13,724 bases of DNA from an uncultured bacterium (GTDB lineage Bacteria > UBP14 > UBA6098 > B30-G16): NCBI GenBank assembly GCA_965552135.1, contig CBEVQY010000043.1:1-13724 (forward strand). The letters are read 5' to 3'. The notes under the pieces were generated by a model that ran no database searches, was not told where the DNA came from, and worked only from the letters and a program-made list of their open reading frames with translations. Below, piece by piece: positions 8,492 through 13,724 of this stretch. Each line of letters starts with the position of its first letter. Position 1 is the first letter of the stretch. The translations under genes and the position numbers were made by a program.

Positions 8492-9733
8492 TTACTTATC
8501 CTCGCCGCCGGGCTTTGAGGGATAAAGCCCCCGGTTTTCGGCGAGGGGTCTTTCCCTGTCGGAATCGGGCTTTTCGAAGGTGGGGAGGTCCGGTGGCTCC
8601 TCTTCCGCCTCTCCGCCCTCGGCTTCGATCTCGAACTCCTTCCAGCCTCTGTCGGATCCGCCGACGATGCCCGCAACGCGCAGCCTGAAGTCGTCGGGGT
8701 TGGATGCATGCTGCAGGGCGGTCTCAAGCGATATCATGCCGCGGCGGTAGAAGTAGAAGAGCGACTGGTCGATGGTCTGCATTCCGTACTGCACTGCGCC
8801 CTCGGCGATGAGGTCACGTATTGCGGCGGTCTTTTCGGGGGTGATGATGCATTCCCTGACCGCTGCCGTTCCGACAAGCACCTCCACCGCAGGCACGCGA
8901 CCGGGCTTGTCGCACCGCGGAACAAGACGCTGCGAAATCACCGCGCGCAAAGTCGACGCCAAAACAAGCCTCACCTCCTGATGCTGATGCGGCGGGAAAA
9001 ACGAAAGAATTCGGTATATCGTCTGAAGGGCATCGAGCGTATGGAGCGTTGAGAGGACAAGATGACCCGTATCGGCAGCCATGAGGGCTATCTGCATCGT
9101 CTCGGCGTCCCTGATCTCGCCCAAAAGTATCACATCCGGGTCTTGGCGCATGGCGCGCCTCAGGGCCTCGGCAAAACTGTGCGTGTCTATACCAAGCTCC
9201 CTTTGGGCGATTATGCTCTTGCGGCTTTGGTGCAGATACTCTATCGGGTCTTCGATGGTGATGATGTTTTCGGCGCGCGTCCTGTTTATGTAGTCGATCA
9301 TAGCAGCAAGGGTCGTCGACTTGCCCGAGCCGGTGACGCCGGTGACCAAAACCAAACCACGCCTCTGATCAGCTATCTTGCGAACCACCTTCGGCAGGTT
9401 GAGCTCGTCGAAGGTGGGGATTCTTGTGTTTATCATCCTGAACGCTGCGGCGAAAGTTTCGCGCTGGTGGAAGAGGTTTACCCTGAATCGTTCGCCCGTC
9501 TGCAGCTGGAGCGCGAAGTCGAGCTCAAGCTCCCTGTCGAAACGCTCCCTCTGCGCCGCCGTAAGCATCTGGTGGAGGAGGTTCTCCATGTCCTGCTGCG
9601 TCACGGGCGGAAGCCCTTTGACCCTTTTGAGCTCGCCGTGGATGCGGTAGACCGGCGGAACACCGACGCGCAGGTGCAGGTCGGAGGCGGAAAGCGCCTT
9701 CATCTGACGCAAAAGCTTCGTCACATCGAGCAT
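8492..9733 (-). CDS. pilT: PilT/PilU family type IV pilus retraction ATPase
   Basis: ASDLHL, RFRVN, Walker A GVTGSGKST, Asp box ITIEDPIEY, QRELG.DT.SF, Walker B RQDPDVILLGEIRD, His box TGHLVLSTLHT, ISQRL, GMQT. Acidic Pro-rich C-terminal extension. Confidence 0.92.
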   Translation of the reverse strand: MLDVTKLLRQMKALSASDLHLRVGVPPVYRIHGELKRVKGLPPVTQQDMENLLHQMLTAAQRERFDRELELDFALQLQTGERFRVNLFHQRETFAAAFRMINTRIPTFDELNLPKVVRKIADQRRGLVLVTGVTGSGKSTTLAAMIDYINRTRAENIITIEDPIEYLHQSRKSIIAQRELGIDTHSFAEALRRAMRQDPDVILLGEIRDAETMQIALMAADTGHLVLSTLHTLDALQTIYRILSFFPPHQHQEVRLVLASTLRAVISQRLVPRCDKPGRVPAVEVLVGTAAVRECIITPEKTAAIRDLIAEGAVQYGMQTIDQSLFYFYRRGMISLETALQHASNPDDFRLRVAGIVGGSDRGWKEFEIEAEGGEAEEEPPDLPTFEKPDSDRERPLAENRGLYPSKPGGEDK

Positions 9734-9745
9734 CTCACACCCCCA

Positions 9746-10246
9746 TCAGTCGGGTTCGATGAGGAAAAGCACCTGCCCGAACTCCACGGGGGATGCATCC
9801 TCCACGAGGATCTTGCGGACAACGCCGGAGACGTCCGACTTGACCTCGTTGAAAAGCTTCATCGCCTCGATAAGGCAGACGACCTGCCCCTTCTCCACGT
9901 GATCCCCCACCTCGACGTACGGTCTGGAGTCGGGCGACGGGCGCCTGTAGAAGGTGCCGACCATAGGCGCCGTTATCTTGTGGAGTCTTTCCTCATCAAC
10001 CCCTTCTGCCGCCGGCTGCTCCGCCTTGGGCTCGACCTGAACCTGAGGCTCTGCGGGAACGCTCTGCGGCGATGACGCCGCAGCTGGCGCCAATGTTTGA
10101 GGAACCGAACTTACCACAACCTGCCCACCGCCAGACGAATACTTCCGTATCACAACCTTCCTGCCGCCCCAAAAGTGAACCTCAAGCTCAGCGATGGAGC
10201 TTTGCTCCACAAGCTCTATAAGCTCCTTTATCTTCTGCCTGTTCAT
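9746..10246 (-). CDS. accB: Acetyl-CoA carboxylase biotin carboxyl carrier protein
   Basis: MNRQKIKELIELVEQSSIAELEV N-terminus, Ala/Pro/Glu linker, ITAPMVGTFYRRPSP, biotinylation motif IEAMKLFNEV, PVEFGQVLF. Start set at ATG 10246 by similarity to typical AccB N-termini. Confidence 0.95.
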   Translation of the reverse strand: MNRQKIKELIELVEQSSIAELEVHFWGGRKVVIRKYSSGGGQVVVSSVPQTLAPAAASSPQSVPAEPQVQVEPKAEQPAAEGVDEERLHKITAPMVGTFYRRPSPDSRPYVEVGDHVEKGQVVCLIEAMKLFNEVKSDVSGVVRKILVEDASPVEFGQVLFLIEPD

Positions 10247-10256
10247 AACTTGGGGA

Positions 10257-10284
10257 AATATAAGGAAAGCAGCCTCTGTGTCAA
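10257..10284 (-). promoter_or_regulatory. Putative sigma70 promoter of accB-pilT
   Basis: Minus strand TTGACA (10284-10279), 16 nt, TATATT (10262-10257), ending 10 nt before the accB ATG. Confidence 0.65.
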
Positions 10285-10528
10285 GAGAGAGGTTCTTCCC
10301 GTCGGGATTTTCTTCCGGCGAAACGTTTAAGAGAGCGCTGGACGCGTTGCTCGGGGCTCCACGTTTACCTGACGTCCGCTTGCGAGGTCGACTTTTGCGC
10401 AGCCGGATGCGCCCGCCCAAAACCCCGATGTTCTACAGAGGCGTTCGACAAGACCTCCTGCATCGCCTTTTGCCTGGACATCGGCGCTTGCGGCGACTGT
10501 CGAACCTGATCCCCTGCTACAATCATCC

Positions 10529-13500
10529 TCATTCCCCCTGTCCTCTGCCGGGCGGGCGCCAGTTAGGATCCCTGCGCATGGGCTTCTCGTTGTGTTCCTT
10601 GACCCACTGCTCGAAGTCTATAAGCGTTACACCATCGGGCGAAACCCAAACCCTGCTCGGATCAGGAGGGGTCGGCGGAACCCTCATCAGCTGCTCAATG
10701 GGGACTATCTCTCCCGTACCAAGATTCCTGGCAAACCCCTTCATTGGATTGCACTGGTCGCAACCATCTTCTTGCTCAGACTGCGTCGCCTCGACCTTCT
10801 TTTTCTCAACCTCCTCAGGTTCTACCTGCGTCAGCTGAGCATCGCCAACGAGGTAGTAGAAGGGAACGTCGCCGTCCAGGATGTCGGAGAACTCAAGCTT
10901 AAAGAAACCTTCTCCTATATCGGCCACCCACCATCTGCACCCGGGATCGCCCCGGAACGAAACGAATATCTTCGAATGTGGAGCCACGTTTTCGTCGTAA
11001 ACGACTGTGCTTTTGCTTCCCCGGCGCGCGAACTGTTCTCCCATGCAGAACCCGCCAGTCTGGGAGTGGGGATTGTACCACCCGGGCTGAACGAGCACAA
11101 GGATCCTTCCCGTGTCGGCGTCGAAGCTCTCAAGAGCACGACCAACGACATAGCAAGGCCTGTCCGCCTTCATCCCAAAACCTTTTCTGCTTGACGACGT
11201 TATGTAATCACCGACCCTGATGGGACCGTTTTCGTTGGTCACCTTGACCTCCACCCTGCCCGCAAGAGCAACAGGAATCCCTGAAAACGGGCTGTTTATC
11301 GCCACCGAAGGGTCTTCTGAGTGAACGCCGACGATGTTGGGATCGTAAGGCTTCACGCTTACAATGTAGGCGTCGTCGGTGCCGGACTTTATGGAGATTA
11401 TGTCTCCGGGCTCGCTTTCGTCGACGACGGGGAGATACTCCGCAAGATCACCTACATACACCGTCGAGTGGGCAAAGATGGGACCAGAGGCGTATATGCC
11501 TCCCGACTGGAAGCCGCTTGTGGTTCCGTAGGAGGTGCCATCGATGTAGAACCCCCAGCATTCGTACCAACCGTTGTAATTTACCGAGCCATCAGCACCG
11601 CCCACAAGCCTGCACCTAACCCAACCCCGAAGCGAGATGGTATAACTCTCCGACACCCAATCGCCGCCAAGATCATCGTCGTCCCAACCGTACATAGGGT
11701 CTGTGCCGGAACATGATGTGTTGTAGGGGTCGATCTGCTGATTAGGCGGATGGCTTGCCCAATTGCTTGTCGAGATATCGTGCCAGTTGCGCCCATCGGT
11801 GGTGTACTGAAACGCAACTCCATCCCAGTTGTTCTCGAAGTTGCCTGTGTCGTGTTTCAACGTAAAGTGCACGCCTGTGTACATAGGCGGCACCCATACC
11901 CATGGGAACCAGAGGTAATGGCGCTCGCCGTTGCTGTTCTGGTGGAACTCCGCCTTCGGCTGCCCACTCCAGAAATCTGTAGTGATCGACCAGCTGCCTG
12001 AACCGCAAATATCGGAAATCCAGTACCATCGCTCGCGCATAAACTCCTCCCAGAAGATGTTGCTCGATGCTGCACCGGAGACACTGGGCGAGCTCGGATT
12101 GCCAACCTTAAGATACCCCGTAACCCGCGCGTTGCCGGAGACGTGCAGCTTTTCGGCGGGGGAGGTGGTACCAATCCCAACGCGTCCACTAGAGGTCACG
12201 CGCATCCTCTCCGAGACCGTGCCACCGCCCGTAGCAAAAATTATATCGTTCGCTTGGAAGGTAAGATCAGTGTACGTCACACCCTGATTAACAGAACGGA
12301 TGTAGCTTTGCGTTCCGTTGTTCCAAAGGCGCAACGAGTGTCCCGAGCTTGCGTTGCCCGCACCGATGTAAACCACGCTGCCGCTGCCGTACACATGCAG
12401 TTTGCCCGCAGGCGACGCTGTCCCTATTCCTACGTTGCCGTTCTCCTCAACGGTGAAGATCTTGCTGTTCTCGTTAACGGCAAACGCGGCGTTCACGTCG
12501 ATCTGGTGCGAGGTGTATCCCGACGGGATGCTTCCGTCGACTGGCGTTATCAAATTCCAGCCGTCGTAGCCACGCGTAAGCTGATCAACCCAAACGGTCA
12601 TGCTGTTGCTGCCATGATTGTTGTCCACGTACACCTCGACGTACATATAATCGTAGGTTCCGGCCTCAAGGATCCTTACAGCATCCACGCCCTGGTTGCT
12701 GAATCGATCAGCTCCCAGGAGCGTCAACCGCACGCCGCCGGCGTCGCCGAAATCGGCGCCGGCGTAGAATATAACATGCCCGTGCTGCCCGCTTACAGCC
12801 CACCTAACCTGGAAGATGCCCGCTTGCCGCGCAGCATTGGACGTTGATCGAGCTATTCGCACCCACTTCTCGGTTGAAGCCGGCACACTGAAACTCACAT
12901 CCTTGACTACAACGCGCGTGTTGCCGTAAACCTTTCCCGTCGCCCTGGCGTCGCCCGAAACATCAAGCTTATACCCCGGGCTCGTCGTACCTACGCCAAC
13001 CCTGCTGTCGGTCACACTTAAAACCTCCCCACCAACCCCTATGCTCACTCTGCTATCATCATAAAACCCCATATAGAACTTATTGCCGTCCTCCGGCTCA
13101 CGAATGAAAAGATTATCTCCCTCCACCCTCAATCCAAAATCCTCGCTTCCCGTCTCCGCGTTGCTGAAGATAAGATAATTCCCCTGCCCTATCCTTATCT
13201 TGCCCTCAACATCCAATTTAGCATCCGGGGAGGCATCCCCAATGCCTACGTTACCGCTTACAGCGGAATACATGTTGCTCCCCGACACCGTCCAGTCGCC
13301 GTCGCTTACGGCGCTTGGGTCGACCCACTGGATGCCGCTCCCCGTGCTCTGCAAAAGCTGTCCGCTTGAGCCCGCGTTGCCCGATGCATCGCGAAGAGCA
13401 CCCGTTATGCGAACATCGCCCGAAACATCAAGCTTATAAGAAGGGGAGGTTGTGCCCACGCCCACATTGCCCTCCGGAAAAGCAACGGTCGTCCCCCTCA

Positions 13501-13724
13501 AATACAGCCAACCGCTTGGATCATACTCGAAAATCCTTCTCGTCCCTAAGTCAGCCAGAATTAACCTGTTATCATAAGTTTCTATCCCGTAATCCCTTCC
13601 ACCACTACCCCACCACTTCAACGCAATACCGCTCCCAAAGTTGCCAATTTCCAACTTCGCCCCGGGCGATGTCGTCCCTATGCCGACGTTGCCGTTATCG
13701 TGCTCGACGAAGATGCGTGTTGTC
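10529..13724 (-). CDS. Large modular fibre/adhesin-like protein with GNVGIGTxSP repeats, jelly-roll domain and peptidase-G2-like autocleavage domain (partial, 5' end outside window)
   Basis: Frame stays open beyond the track's TTG 13654 to the window edge (TTRIFVEHDNGNVGIGTTSPGAKLEI). Six G(N/R)VG(I/V)GTxSP..KLxV-type repeats. FENNWDGVAFQYTTDGRNW...DGSVNYNGWY beta-sandwich. GDLAEY...PVALAGRVEVKVTNENGPIRVGD...GRALE domain. Family assignments are from motif memory, not from a search. Confidence 0.85.
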   Translation of the reverse strand, partial: TTRIFVEHDNGNVGIGTTSPGAKLEIGNFGSGIALKWWGSGGRDYGIETYDNRLILADLGTRRIFEYDPSGWLYLRGTTVAFPEGNVGVGTTSPSYKLDVSGDVRITGALRDASGNAGSSGQLLQSTGSGIQWVDPSAVSDGDWTVSGSNMYSAVSGNVGIGDASPDAKLDVEGKIRIGQGNYLIFSNAETGSEDFGLRVEGDNLFIREPEDGNKFYMGFYDDSRVSIGVGGEVLSVTDSRVGVGTTSPGYKLDVSGDARATGKVYGNTRVVVKDVSFSVPASTEKWVRIARSTSNAARQAGIFQVRWAVSGQHGHVIFYAGADFGDAGGVRLTLLGADRFSNQGVDAVRILEAGTYDYMYVEVYVDNNHGSNSMTVWVDQLTRGYDGWNLITPVDGSIPSGYTSHQIDVNAAFAVNENSKIFTVEENGNVGIGTASPAGKLHVYGSGSVVYIGAGNASSGHSLRLWNNGTQSYIRSVNQGVTYTDLTFQANDIIFATGGGTVSERMRVTSSGRVGIGTTSPAEKLHVSGNARVTGYLKVGNPSSPSVSGAASSNIFWEEFMRERWYWISDICGSGSWSITTDFWSGQPKAEFHQNSNGERHYLWFPWVWVPPMYTGVHFTLKHDTGNFENNWDGVAFQYTTDGRNWHDISTSNWASHPPNQQIDPYNTSCSGTDPMYGWDDDDLGGDWVSESYTISLRGWVRCRLVGGADGSVNYNGWYECWGFYIDGTSYGTTSGFQSGGIYASGPIFAHSTVYVGDLAEYLPVVDESEPGDIISIKSGTDDAYIVSVKPYDPNIVGVHSEDPSVAINSPFSGIPVALAGRVEVKVTNENGPIRVGDYITSSSRKGFGMKADRPCYVVGRALESFDADTGRILVLVQPGWYNPHSQTGGFCMGEQFARRGSKSTVVYDENVAPHSKIFVSFRGDPGCRWWVADIGEGFFKLEFSDILDGDVPFYYLVGDAQLTQVEPEEVEKKKVEATQSEQEDGCDQCNPMKGFARNLGTGEIVPIEQLMRVPPTPPDPSRVWVSPDGVTLIDFEQWVKEHNEKPMRRDPNWRPPGRGQGE
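12140..13693 (-). repeat. Six dispersed GNVG(I/V)GTTSP-x2-KL(D/H/E)V peptide repeats within the large CDS
   Basis: Repeat starts on the minus strand: 13693, 13471, 13255, 13006, 12439, 12187. DNA level: exact 23-bp TCGCCCGAAACATCAAGCTTATA at 12951-12973 and 13416-13438; 21/23 match between 12420-12442 and 13674-13696. Confidence 0.88.

Noticed and set aside
8251..8727. ORFs 8251-8727 (-) and 8264-8518 (+)
   Set aside because: They overlap two well-formed tRNA genes and the end of pilT.
6895..10075. Long antisense ORFs 6895-7923 (-) and 9062-10075 (+)
   Set aside because: They mirror well-supported genes on the opposite strand, as expected from codon bias in GC-rich DNA.
10247..10420. 58-aa N-terminal extension of AccB in the track
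   Set aside because: It runs through the predicted promoter; the typical AccB N-terminus begins at 10246.
10529..13724. Diversity-generating retroelement, shufflon or CRISPR explanation for the repeats
   Set aside because: No reverse transcriptase, no TR/VR pair with adenine-specific mismatches, no invertase or inverted cassettes and no regular repeat-spacer period are visible. The repeats are in-frame peptide repeats.
8300..13724. Prophage or island integrated at tRNA-Ser
   Set aside because: No integrase and no duplicated tRNA 3' end were seen, and the genes next to the tRNAs (pilT, accB) are housekeeping.

Overview
Bacterial chromosomal window, GC-rich by inspection. The TonB-dependent receptor, LolC/E permease and T9SS-like C-terminal tail suggest a diderm, possibly FCB-group organism (inference). 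A minus-strand run reads S8 subtilase > single-pass membrane protein > LolC/E permease > YitJ-type homocysteine methyltransferase/MTHFR fusion > TonB-dependent receptor (cut off at the left edge). A divergent PLP aminotransferase is followed by two tandem tRNA-Ser genes. On the right are a minus-strand accB-pilT/U pair and the 3' part (more than 1,060 codons) of a large fibre- or adhesin-like gene. That gene is built from GNVGIGTxSP repeats, a jelly-roll domain and a peptidase-G2-like autocleavage domain. The most unusual signal is that it is a nucleotide-level mosaic: modules of about 45-49% GC alternate with a module of about 64% GC, and the switches fall at or near the conserved repeats. 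This suggests repeat-mediated module swapping. No CRISPR array, integrase or transposase is visible.
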